Source of the DNA: Acaryochloris marina MBIC11017
Lineage (GTDB): Bacteria > Cyanobacteriota > Cyanobacteriia > Thermosynechococcales > Thermosynechococcaceae
Assembly (NCBI RefSeq): GCF_000018105.1
Contig: NC_009925.1
Coordinates: 2,940,001 to 2,972,000, forward strand
Direction of reading: 5' to 3'
DNA: 32,000 nucleotides
Below are positions 22,001-29,377 of this stretch, piece after piece. The notes below the pieces were generated by a model, which did no database searches, had not been told where the DNA came from, and saw nothing but the letters and a program-made list of their open reading frames with translations. The translations under genes and the position numbers were made by a program. Numbering within the stretch: the first letter of the stretch is position 1; every line of letters starts with the position of its first letter.

Positions 22001-22222
22001 ACAATGATGGGCAGCATCGTCGCCATTGTCTTCAAATTCACCACTCGTACTGGTATAGTCAGCGCGGTTTTAATAGGTGGATTGTTCAGCCTCTGTTTAT
22101 GGGGCATCGTCCAGGCCATCTGGATGCCGCTGATGCCAGCTCTAATGGCTTTTATCATCACAACTCTTGCGGTGCTATTAGTGCGTACGCAACAAATTGA
22201 CCCCGATCATCAAGCTTCTTAA
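19091..22222 (+). CDS. Multidomain membrane protein: CHAT caspase-like protease, class III adenylate/guanylate cyclase, TM, periplasmic CHASE2, three C-terminal TM helices
   Basis: CHAT dyad candidates are 'FFAGHSHS' (His codon 19772-19774) and 'IFNSCDG' (Cys codon 19907-19909). Cyclase motifs are 'VFTDLVSST', 'VKTEGDGFLMSF', 'VRIGMHTG' and 'GQEVDYAYRISD'. CHASE2 motifs are 'LQPMEFWAFDQLLRLRP..RLLIVLVTD...IGLDIYRDF'. Three hydrophobic helices lie at the extreme C-terminus. GTG start; ATG 19115 is an alternative. Confidence 0.85.
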   Translation: MDKLVVLRMGEGSFTQGFPVTLQVGQENDRPSTEIVGSLPPNPNIPEYYQGWQTAYLNLGLTTRLDAPTEQLTNIDWQELQVNCEQAAQTLHHALDRWLLADTFRPVRDKWLEQLSLQDHIRIILQTDNPQLQRLPWHQWELLTRYPFAELVLSAPTYEGIQRQSSSTAGIKILAILGSSHGINTQADQRLLNQLPHANVTFLVEPQRQELTDQLWDQNWDILFFAGHSHSSNPCDTGHICLNAHETLNIKQLKYSLQQAISKGLQLAIFNSCDGLGLAHHLADLHLPAMVIMREPVPDQVAQYFLKYFLAAFSKGKPFHLAVREARERLHDLEPQFPCATWLPIICQNPAEPPPTWQQLNQNGGDDYSLWRHDNDSAAQIVTIVFTDLVSSTAIKQAMPGLDVTTRNQQYYDTILQPHRQRVTTSLAAFGGRLVKTEGDGFLMSFPGAMQAAQWSIALQQHHEQDPIETPFGPLQVRIGMHTGSPLLNAEDHDYIGQEVDYAYRISDLADGGQILLSEVSAVLLRNAGLTDITVYDHDHCPLKGIGSVPIFEILWDNRQPRPLRGSKPSTVSNALNTDQQPANKTLSEPIARPPIEAEPPAEKVSLFSKVHRFCRRPLWSVLPTSLCLTAALLGIRGLGLLQPMEFWAFDQLLRLRPNEGPDPRLLIVLVTDKDIQAQGDQTRRSSLNDPTLTQLLTKLDEANPKAIGLDIYRDFAVDPNYPKLTTQLKNNERLVVPCKGSDSSSDSDPVGIAPPPEVKAPNRIGFTDFIEDGDGVLRRHILHMNHEPASPCRASFSFGALLAFHYLEQQSKQAFSLKFAEPNGQPLQLQVQTAQPGTDATRTTIFKQLQPHGGYQGINDDRMQGLQLLLNYRALQKPTDIAKTVTLEQVLTGQVNANAIKDKVVLVGVQSSGSGDFWSTPYGAGPTQKVAGVFVQAHMASQIMSAVEDQRSCFKIWPQWADGLWIWGWTMMGSIVAIVFKFTTRTGIVSAVLIGGLFSLCLWGIVQAIWMPLMPALMAFIITTLAVLLVRTQQIDPDHQAS

Positions 22223-22253
22223 GTCCTCATCCCCAGTAAAGGAGATTTCGTTT

Positions 22254-23102
22254 ATGCTGACTGACCAACCTTTTTCTCGATCAATGCTGCTCACGCTAGC
22301 GGTTGTTACTGTGGCAAGTGCAGGACTTTCTGGGCGCACACCTCATGTCATGGCTATGCATCAGCACAACCCTATGACCTTTACCATGCCAACGCCCCCC
22401 AGCGATCCTGGAGCGCCAACAGGTCGGCGTGAAGGTGGAAGTAGCCGTGGCGATAAAATTTACACGCTATGTAAAACGGTAGAAGAAGCTGCGAACAAAC
22501 AATGTGCAACGTCTCGTTTAACCGCTCTAGTCCCTGAAGTTGATGCTGAAAAACAGATATGGGGCCTGACTGGAGCGGATCATCCAGAATTTCTGTTCTA
22601 TTTATCGAAGTTCAGAACCCCCGAGCAACCCAAAACCACACACCTAAACATTGAATTCGTTTTGCAAGATGAGGATGATAAATACGTCCACAAAACCAGT
22701 TTTGTCTTACCGTTAACGGAAGGCGGCATCATTCGTATTCCTATTCCTGAGAATCGAGATCCTTTACAGGTCGGCAAGCGATATACCTGGACGCTGTTGA
22801 CAAAATTTGGGCCAAACGAGACCAATTATGTCCACGGCAGAATTTACCGTAAGCAGATGGACACCCAACGCCAGCAAGAACTGCAAACCGCCTCTCCCTT
22901 GAAGCGATTGGAAATCTCTTTAAAAGAGGGGTTATGGTTTGATGCGATTGCGATGCTCGTTGATTTAAAACAGGATGCCCCTCAAGATCTCACCATTCTC
23001 TCAAGATGGAACAGTTTATTAGACGACATTAATCTTAAAGAACTGGCCACGGAACCCATGCTGTCTTGCTGTACCCCAGACCCCCACTTATCGTTCAAGT
23101 AA
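22254..23102 (+). CDS. DUF928-family exported protein
   Basis: AAGGAG sits 8 nt upstream of ATG 22254. Signal-like 'SMLLTLAVVTVASAG'. DUF928 hallmarks: 'PPSDPGAPTGRREGGSSRG', 'LTALVP', 'EFVLQDEDD', 'GKRYTWTL' and 'GLWFDAIAMLVDL'. Confidence 0.8.
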   Translation: MLTDQPFSRSMLLTLAVVTVASAGLSGRTPHVMAMHQHNPMTFTMPTPPSDPGAPTGRREGGSSRGDKIYTLCKTVEEAANKQCATSRLTALVPEVDAEKQIWGLTGADHPEFLFYLSKFRTPEQPKTTHLNIEFVLQDEDDKYVHKTSFVLPLTEGGIIRIPIPENRDPLQVGKRYTWTLLTKFGPNETNYVHGRIYRKQMDTQRQQELQTASPLKRLEISLKEGLWFDAIAMLVDLKQDAPQDLTILSRWNSLLDDINLKELATEPMLSCCTPDPHLSFK

Positions 23103-23158
23103 TCCATGGCTGTATTGCTAGCTGAAGCATGGTTTCAAGATGGCCATTTTATCAATGG

Positions 23159-24454
23159 CTAGGCATAAGAAAGCGTTTGAGTGGTTTGATTCCATTGCCA
23201 GCACGGCTGATTGGGCCGAATTAATACACCACCTAACCAGCGATCGCAAGTTTGTAGCGATCGCCAATGTTGCGTTTGAGCAAGAAGCGCTAGCCCGAGA
23301 GGTGTAATGTCGAAGTGGCGTTGCGACCAAGGTAACTCCATGGTTTCTGGCTGAACGGTAAGCAGTGGATGCGGGCCATTGAGGAGTTGTTGCAACACAA
23401 ACCAATACATGGTGTCTCCCAAATAGGGAAGTGGCTCTCGCTCATTGACTAGCATCTGAAACAGATCCTGACCCAGGCATGGCCCTTCAGCCACAATCGT
23501 CAATGTCAGACGTTCCGTTAAGCTGAGACCATCTTCCGCCCAAGGGAGCTCTTGTAAGTGACGTAGGAGTGCAGGGCCAAGAGCAGGTAATTGAGAGGTA
23601 TCCTCCGTGGCGATGGACCACAGATCTTCTGGAGAAGGAGCCGTCAAGGCTTGCCAGGTGCGATCGCATAAGTGCATCTGCTCAGCAGTCACAGGCTGAC
23701 GTTGGGACCAAAGCAGCGGCAAGGCTTCTAAGGGTAACTGCCCCAAACCCCGAAAACATCGGATACCCGGAAAGGAATCAATGCAGATCAAGTCTAGTTT
23801 TTGGGAATCCCCCAATTCATACCTAAAATAATGCAATAGGTAGGATAGGCTAAGCTGGTCATAACTATCGGCTTCAAACCACAACAGAATTCGAGGGTAG
23901 CGGTGGCTGGCTTGCAGGTGATGATATTCAGTATGAAGGCGATCGTGGATGACCTCTAGTTCCATTTCATAGGCTGTGGCCATAAACTCAGCCCGTCGTT
24001 GAATGTACTCTGACCGATTGGTCAGCGACTGCACCGGCCCTTGGCAAAACGGATCGGTAAACGCTAAATAATCTCCCACAAACCCGGCTTGTTGTAGACG
24101 CTGTTCCAGATCAGAACCACAGCGGATATGTAGCGTGGAACAATCAGCATCTGGTGGCGGGAGTTGCTGGGCTTTCAGTTGAGACCGAATCAATTCCATT
24201 TGGTCAATGTGAGCTTTCATTTGCGACCAGCTGGAAAACTGATTTTCTCGAGCAATGACCAACTGCGCATCTGCTAATTGCAGCAGATTCATAAACATGA
24301 CCTGTCCAGGTTGGCAGTCCGGATGGTATTTCTGAAAGCGATCAATGGATACAGGATCCCCAGCTTTTGCCTTTTTCAAAATATCTTTAGCGCGCTTGCG
24401 TTGTTGCTCAAGATTTAAGCGGCCATCATTTTTTGAATCAGGGTGTTGGGACAT
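23159..24454 (-). CDS. DUF1835/DUF3658-like protein with an N-terminal helical extension
   Basis: The core begins 'TLHIRCGSDLEQRLQQAGF.GDYLAFTDPFCQGPV', as in DUF1835. The N-terminal ~90 aa reads 'LEQQRKRAKDILKKAKAGD...'. The call rests on motif memory only. Confidence 0.55.
   Translation of the reverse strand: MSQHPDSKNDGRLNLEQQRKRAKDILKKAKAGDPVSIDRFQKYHPDCQPGQVMFMNLLQLADAQLVIARENQFSSWSQMKAHIDQMELIRSQLKAQQLPPPDADCSTLHIRCGSDLEQRLQQAGFVGDYLAFTDPFCQGPVQSLTNRSEYIQRRAEFMATAYEMELEVIHDRLHTEYHHLQASHRYPRILLWFEADSYDQLSLSYLLHYFRYELGDSQKLDLICIDSFPGIRCFRGLGQLPLEALPLLWSQRQPVTAEQMHLCDRTWQALTAPSPEDLWSIATEDTSQLPALGPALLRHLQELPWAEDGLSLTERLTLTIVAEGPCLGQDLFQMLVNEREPLPYLGDTMYWFVLQQLLNGPHPLLTVQPETMELPWSQRHFDITPLGLALLAQTQHWRSLQTCDRWLGGVLIRPNQPCWQWNQTTQTLSYA
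23240..23264. repeat. Two HIP1 palindromes (GCGATCGC) 9 bp apart
   Basis: GCGATCGC at 23240-23247 and 23257-23264. Ten more perfect copies start at 1139, 3507, 7063, 8378, 9638, 10422, 16943, 23660, 25819 and 28399. Confidence 0.9.
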
Positions 24455-24814
24455 GCAGCTCAGAGAATCACCTGCGTTCGCTCCTCAGGAAAAGGTTTTT
24501 AGCGTAACTAATGATGGGCGCAGCCCTTTCCGCGAACGTGGTGGTGCTCACAACACTCTATTGAGAAATATACCAGCAATATTTTTATTTGCACAAGAAT
24601 TTTTTTATGTTGAGCCATAGTAAGAAACTAGCGTTAATCCGATGCCCGAGAACGTCTTAGATGCATCATTTTTCGGAAACAAGCAAATATTTGCTCTTCT
24701 CATAAAGATTATGAGGTATGAGTTATGGAAATATTTAGGCGATACTGAGAACAACCAATTTGAGTACCTAAATTATCAACCAACCAGGCGAACTTCCACA
24801 TGATTTTTGAACCT

Positions 24815-24855
24815 AAAAGACAATGTTTTCTATAGGCAATATAGAAAACATTGTC
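24815..24855 (-). terminator. Perfect 16-bp hairpin with a short U-tail on the minus strand
   Basis: GACAATGTTTTCTATA (24819-24834), loop GGCAA, TATAGAAAACATTGTC (24840-24855). On the minus strand it is followed by TTTTAGG. It lies about 230 nt downstream of tRNA-Cys. Confidence 0.4.
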
Positions 24856-25086
24856 TACAAAAAAGAAAACTATAACTACTTAATTAAGGTAAACAACCAA
24901 TACAACATTCACCTACACATCCAAAATTTCAAGGATTCGCTATGCTTAAAATTGCTTGAACGGTTGACAATACCTCAGCACCTTCATCCGATCAGCCACT
25001 CAACCATCCTTGGCGAAAGACGCTATACAAAATGGCGTCTCTGCCAATACAGCGGAGAACACTCTTATACTTTGTTTCTTAATTAA

Positions 25087-25157
25087 AGGCGGCACCCAGA
25101 TTCGAACTGGGGATAAAGGCTTTGCAGGCCCCTGCCTTACCACTTGGCTATGCCGCC
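25087..25157 (-). tRNA. tRNA-Cys (GCA)
   Basis: Reverse complement is GGCGGCATAGCCAAGTGGTAAGGCAGGGGCCTGCAAAGCCTTTATCCCCAGTTCGAATCTGGGTGCCGCCT. It folds as a 71-nt cloverleaf with acceptor GGCGGCA/TGCCGCC, anticodon loop CTGCAAA and T-loop TTCGAAT. Confidence 0.9.
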
Positions 25158-25316
25158 GTTGAAGAACTTTAAGCTACTACCTTTTAGGTTAGCAAGATTA
25201 CGAAAAGCTCAGCAACCATCAACCATATCATGGTTTAGAGAAGAATGGCTGCCTAGAAGCGAGTACTGGAGTTATCACTCAAGCAAACTCAACTCAGCAG
25301 CCTATGGTGTCATACC

Positions 25317-25544
25317 TTATAAACCTTCTGTGGGAACCAATTCCCATAACCCAAAGGCCGGTCCAATAAACCGCACTACTAACCAGGAGGCTAGCACAAG
25401 AAATATACCGACCCAGCTCCCTTTCATCACCAAGTTATAGATTTTTTCGAGCTGGCTCTTGGTCAACGGAAACCAAGACACCATTTTGGATTCTTTGCCG
25501 TAGTCGTTTCCTAAGGTTTCTTGACGACGTTTTGCTTCACCCAT
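25317..25544 (-). CDS. Small conserved cyanobacterial membrane protein, DUF2839-like
   Basis: 'MGEAKRRQETLG..YG' N-terminus followed by one TM and 'VRFIGPAFGLW'. This matches my recollection of DUF2839. Confidence 0.6.
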   Translation of the reverse strand: MGEAKRRQETLGNDYGKESKMVSWFPLTKSQLEKIYNLVMKGSWVGIFLVLASWLVVRFIGPAFGLWELVPTEGL

Positions 25545-25655
25545 TTCTTTTCCCTAATTTAGACCACTAAAGTCGCAAACAGTACTGCCTAAATCTTATC
25601 GACAAAATGGGGATGGATTACAGAGGGATCATCCTGATTTAAGATACGGTCTCCT

Positions 25656-27200
25656 TCACTCAAGCCGCTGCTGACCAGACGCCGTTGCGAACAAGCTGTC
25701 ATCCAAATAGTTGATGCGTGAATAGGGACTCAGGGCTGTTAAAACTTGTTGACCATAGCTACGATGTAAGACCCGATTATCGAAGAGCGCCACGATACCT
25801 TGATGACGTCTGATGGGTGCGATCGCAGCCTGTAGCGTTCGCAAAGCCGTAGGTAATAGGTAGAGTCGGAACCAGTCTTGGCGATGGTGCTTATAGTAAG
25901 CCACCCGACCCGCCACCCGCGGATCTTCCAAGGAGGGGATGGGCAGGGTAGCCACAACCAGCAGGGCGGGAGTCGGCAGGGTGGCCTGATGCTGTAACCA
26001 ATAGTCCCAGCCGGTAATCAGAATCGTTTCTGCATCCAGATCTGACGTTTCCAGTTGGACCCGGGAGCCAAATTCCGAGGCCATCGCTGTCGCCATTTGG
26101 CGCTGCATCGGTGTGTCTTCGATAATAATGACCGTCGGTCCCCCAGGCTGGGCATTGGCAACCATCAGAAGATGCAGCTGCTTCAGTAAGGCTCCTTGAA
26201 ATGAAGGGGTATTGGGCATAGGTAAGCCATCTGGGAGATATAGCTGCACCGCTTCCGCCTCTCGATGGGCTCCAAATTGAACATAGGTCATGTCTTCAAG
26301 GCCCAGTTGCTGGCGAAATAGCTTCGCCTCGGGTTCAAGGTCAAAGCTACTGCCCATCAGTACAACCGGCTGTCGCGACCATAACCCCTGCAAGCTGAGA
26401 TTGACTTCATTGGGAGCACAGTGCAACGTAAAAGCACCATTGTCGCGGTTTAGGCCACTCCACAATAGATGATGATCCGATTGATAGGCCTGCCAAAACT
26501 GCTGCCAATTCGGCGGACTAAGGGCCATACCATGAGCCAGAATCGCTTGATGTAGCTGGGCTAAAATTTGACGTTCTTTCTGCTCAATAAGGGTGTGGCC
26601 ATAGGGATTCTCAGGGTGCTGGAAAAGCGCACGAGTTAGCTTAACCCGAGTTTCCCGAATCAACTCTAGCAGCGGCGGGTAACACCAAATCAGTTGCTCC
26701 CAGTCCGGTGGGTGGAGCGACAGGGTGAGCTGTTGCTGAGCCCAACCTTCAAGCTGGTCAGCATTATCAATCAGGGTAGGGATATCAGAGGGAAATTGAT
26801 AGGCCTGGGTCAGGTAGTCTCGTAACCATACCTCTGGAGTGACCAGTAAAACGCCTTTAAAGTGACTTCCGGGCCAATGGTCAGCAGCCAAAATTGGCTT
26901 TTTGATCTGCATCCATTCGTGAAGGTGGGGCATCTCAACCCGGAGCAATTGCTGTTGCGCAGCCAGGGGCGCCACTAGGATAACGGCGTCTCGCCAAATC
27001 ATCAGCGGCGCTAAATAACTGAGTCGATGCAGCCCTTGATGTTTCGCTGACGCACTAATCTGAATCAGAGCACTGCGCTTAAGCCGGAAGGCACGAGCAA
27101 CGAGGCGAGCAATGGTGAGGTGATGAGGCCATTGATCAGAACCCTGATCTCGCAGGAAGGCATGGAGTTGGCGATGAACTTCGACCTCAATCACAATCAA
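25656..27200 (-). CDS. DinG/XPD-like helicase homolog with degenerate ATPase motifs
   Basis: 'ALIQISASAKHQGLHRLSYLAPL' sits where DinG has 'LLIEAGTGTGKTLAYLLPA'. 'LIDNADQL' sits where DEAH is expected. The C-terminal 'GIVALFDNRVL...YGQQVL..L' resembles the DinG motif VI region. TTG start. Confidence 0.55.
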   Translation of the reverse strand: MIVIEVEVHRQLHAFLRDQGSDQWPHHLTIARLVARAFRLKRSALIQISASAKHQGLHRLSYLAPLMIWRDAVILVAPLAAQQQLLRVEMPHLHEWMQIKKPILAADHWPGSHFKGVLLVTPEVWLRDYLTQAYQFPSDIPTLIDNADQLEGWAQQQLTLSLHPPDWEQLIWCYPPLLELIRETRVKLTRALFQHPENPYGHTLIEQKERQILAQLHQAILAHGMALSPPNWQQFWQAYQSDHHLLWSGLNRDNGAFTLHCAPNEVNLSLQGLWSRQPVVLMGSSFDLEPEAKLFRQQLGLEDMTYVQFGAHREAEAVQLYLPDGLPMPNTPSFQGALLKQLHLLMVANAQPGGPTVIIIEDTPMQRQMATAMASEFGSRVQLETSDLDAETILITGWDYWLQHQATLPTPALLVVATLPIPSLEDPRVAGRVAYYKHHRQDWFRLYLLPTALRTLQAAIAPIRRHQGIVALFDNRVLHRSYGQQVLTALSPYSRINYLDDSLFATASGQQRLE

Positions 27201-27259
27201 AACTAAAAAGACAATGCATGACTTTCATTCTGGCACAGTCCTCAGAATGTGCCGAGGGC

Positions 27260-28303
27260 CTAAGCCTGCTGTAAAAAAGCCACTAACTGCTGCAACTTCT
27301 GCCAAGCAGCACCGCTAGCCAGAATGGCTTTGGCTTGAGTCACTCCCTCAGCATAGGTCTCTACAGCATGACCGACAAATAAGGCTAATGCTGTATTCAG
27401 GGCCACAACATCGGTTTGGGCAGATGTGCCTTTGCCTTGGAGCACCGCTTGTAAAATAGCGGCATTTTCGTCCACACCACCGCCTTTTAGGGCCGTCAGC
27501 GGGGCCGCAGTCAACCCTAATTCCGCAGGCTCTAAAATATCCTGGCTTACCTGTTGCTGATCAACCACTGCGATATCCGTCAGATCGCCTAATCCGGCTT
27601 CATCTAAGTTTTCTCGCCCATGCAAAACGACCGCTCTTTGCACACCCAGGGTCTTGAGCGCCGAGGCGAGGGGATACAGCAGTGCTGGATCGTAGACCCC
27701 TAGGACCTGCCCCGTGGGTCGGAGGGGATTCACTAAGGGCCCCAATAGATTGAAGATGGTGCGTACTTTTAGGGTCTTACGCAGGGGCACCACCGCTTTC
27801 ATGGCCGGATGCCAGCCCGGAGCAAACAAAAATGTAATCCCGACTTCTGCCACAGCAGCCTGAATTTTTTCCGGTGGGGCAGCCAGATTAATGCCCAAGG
27901 CTTCCAGCACGTCAGCGGATCCGACCCGACTAGAGGCAGAGCGGTTGCCATGCTTAGCCACCGGAAGCCCAGCAGCAGCTGCCGTAAAGGCAACGGCAGT
28001 GGAGATATTAAAGGTTGAAGCGCCATCGCCGCCAGTTCCACAGGTGTCAATCAAGGGACTGGGCATTGCGACCCCTGACTCCACCGATTGCTGCAAGAGC
28101 ACGGTGGCCATCCCTGATAGCTCATCTGCTGACACGCCTTTGGCTTGCAGGGCGGCCAAGATCGCTCCCGACAGGACGGGAGGGACAGCGTCTTGAAGCC
28201 AGCCTTCCATCAATTGCGAGGCTTCTGCTTGGGTCAAGGACTGACCGTCTAGGAGTTGTTGGAGGAGTTGAGACCCGTCTAGGGTATCTGGTGCTAAGGT
28301 CAT
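27260..28303 (-). CDS. trpD: Anthranilate phosphoribosyltransferase
   Basis: Motifs '[18 protein letters not shown]', '[19 protein letters not shown]' and '[11 protein letters not shown]'. Confidence 0.95.
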   Translation of the reverse strand: MTLAPDTLDGSQLLQQLLDGQSLTQAEASQLMEGWLQDAVPPVLSGAILAALQAKGVSADELSGMATVLLQQSVESGVAMPSPLIDTCGTGGDGASTFNISTAVAFTAAAAGLPVAKHGNRSASSRVGSADVLEALGINLAAPPEKIQAAVAEVGITFLFAPGWHPAMKAVVPLRKTLKVRTIFNLLGPLVNPLRPTGQVLGVYDPALLYPLASALKTLGVQRAVVLHGRENLDEAGLGDLTDIAVVDQQQVSQDILEPAELGLTAAPLTALKGGGVDENAAILQAVLQGKGTSAQTDVVALNTALALFVGHAVETYAEGVTQAKAILASGAAWQKLQQLVAFLQQA

Positions 28304-28307
28304 AACA

Positions 28308-28796
28308 CTATCCTGAGGCTAGAGTGGTGAGAGCAGCCCCCGTGACTCGACAAGTTCGCCAATCGGGGAGAACGGTTGCTCCTAGTGTTTCATAGAATGC
28401 GATCGCAGATTCGTTCCAATCCAAAACACTCCATTCCAAGCGGCCATAATTCCGCTCTGCCACTAGTTTAGCCACCTGTTTTAACAAAGCCTTACCCACC
28501 CCCTGGCCTCGATGGTGCTTTTGCACATACAAATCTTCCAAGTACAACCCCGGCTGGGTTAAAAAAGTCGAGTAGCTGGTAAAGAACAGCGCATAGCCTA
28601 CAATCTGCTGATCGATTTCAGCCACCAGCGCTTCCACATAAGGCGGGTCTCCAAACAAATGCTCTTTTAGAGCATCTGCACTTCCCGTAACTGCATCTTC
28701 TAAATGCTCATACTGGGCCAGTTCAAGAATCAACGCAAACAATGCAGAGACATCGCCCTGTTCGGCAGCCCGAATTGAAACCATTGCCTTCGCCAT
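28308..28796 (-). CDS. GNAT N-acetyltransferase (diamine/SSAT-like)
   Basis: Motifs '[20 protein letters not shown]' and '[18 protein letters not shown]'. The stop lies 4 nt before the trpD start. Confidence 0.85.
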   Translation of the reverse strand: MAKAMVSIRAAEQGDVSALFALILELAQYEHLEDAVTGSADALKEHLFGDPPYVEALVAEIDQQIVGYALFFTSYSTFLTQPGLYLEDLYVQKHHRGQGVGKALLKQVAKLVAERNYGRLEWSVLDWNESAIAFYETLGATVLPDWRTCRVTGAALTTLASG

Positions 28797-28798
28797 TT

Positions 28799-29248
28799 CT
28801 ATTCCTCGGCCGCTACTGTCTCAGCAGATGAGAAACGCTCCGAGATCGCAGCCGTCATAATATGGGACAGCAGGCCAATGGGACCCACTAACAGACAGAG
28901 CACCAAGGAGTGGCTGGTCCAGATGCCTGTGCGCTGACCTTCCCAGTAGATCCAGCGTCCTACAAACAAATCCATCACCAAAAAATGCACCCAAGCTGCC
29001 GCTGCGATCTGTTCTTGACCAAACAACTGAGCAATATCAGCAAGGGTGGGATTCGCTAAGACCTTGGCAGACTCAGGTGTCAGCGCTACAGCAAATAGGG
29101 AGGTATACACAATGGCCAGACCCACAAAGGGCAAATAGGACGTGAGAATGCGACGGGTCCAATCCCATTGGGGCAGAATAATCATTAATGCCCAGAAGGG
29201 CAGCACAAACACGTTGGCAATCGTAAACCACTGAGAGATCGTCATCAT
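28799..29248 (-). CDS. ABA4-like / DUF4281 membrane protein
   Basis: Motifs 'FTIANVFVLPFWALMIILP' and 'AAAWVHFLVMDLFVGRWIY.EG' are typical of DUF4281. I place the start at ATG 29248; the track's TTG at 29284 is less likely. Confidence 0.7.
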   Translation of the reverse strand: MMTISQWFTIANVFVLPFWALMIILPQWDWTRRILTSYLPFVGLAIVYTSLFAVALTPESAKVLANPTLADIAQLFGQEQIAAAAWVHFLVMDLFVGRWIYWEGQRTGIWTSHSLVLCLLVGPIGLLSHIMTAAISERFSSAETVAAEE

Positions 29249-29377
29249 CAAGACTGTTACAACGACTTTTGTCCCTATTGTCAACGGATCAGGGATCTTC
29301 TGCTCAAAAAGTTCTCAGGGTTATGGTCTAAGATAAATGAGTCTTGCGTCTATCAATATTCAACTTAGGGAACACCT

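Noticed and set aside
19091-22222. Reading the CHAT + cyclase protein as a phage-defence module (Pycsar/CBASS-like cyclase with a caspase-like effector)
   Set aside because: The cyclase is a fused domain on a CHASE2 membrane sensor, which is a signalling architecture. There is no separate cyclic-nucleotide-binding effector. The neighbours are a sigma factor, DUF1822 and DUF928 rather than defence genes, and no mobile-element context is visible. I cannot exclude it, but the sequence does not support it.
24823-25086. 87-aa ORF next to tRNA-Cys
   Set aside because: Its start codon lies inside the perfect 16-bp hairpin. The product is Asn/Ile/Lys/Tyr-rich and low in complexity, and the ORF abuts the tRNA, so it is probably not coding.
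25144-25440. 98-aa plus-strand ORF
   Set aside because: It begins inside the tRNA-Cys gene and is antisense to the well-formed DUF2839-like gene.
13785-28305. Remaining nested or antisense ORFs: 13785-14111, 15463-15645, 16535-16744, 17586-17801, 17882-18154, 20599-20820, 20678-20926, 20697-20978, 21399-21626, 21967-22161, 21985-22200, 22598-22825, 23118-23405, 23487-23669, 23569-23826, 24345-24620, 25739-25957, 26290-26472, 27799-28050, 27809-28018, 27891-28196 and 28015-28305; also 29344-29544 and 30442-30627
   Set aside because: All are embedded in longer ORFs with recognisable domains and have no motifs of their own. The cluster of shadow ORFs in trpD reflects its GC-rich, Ala/Gly-rich coding sequence.
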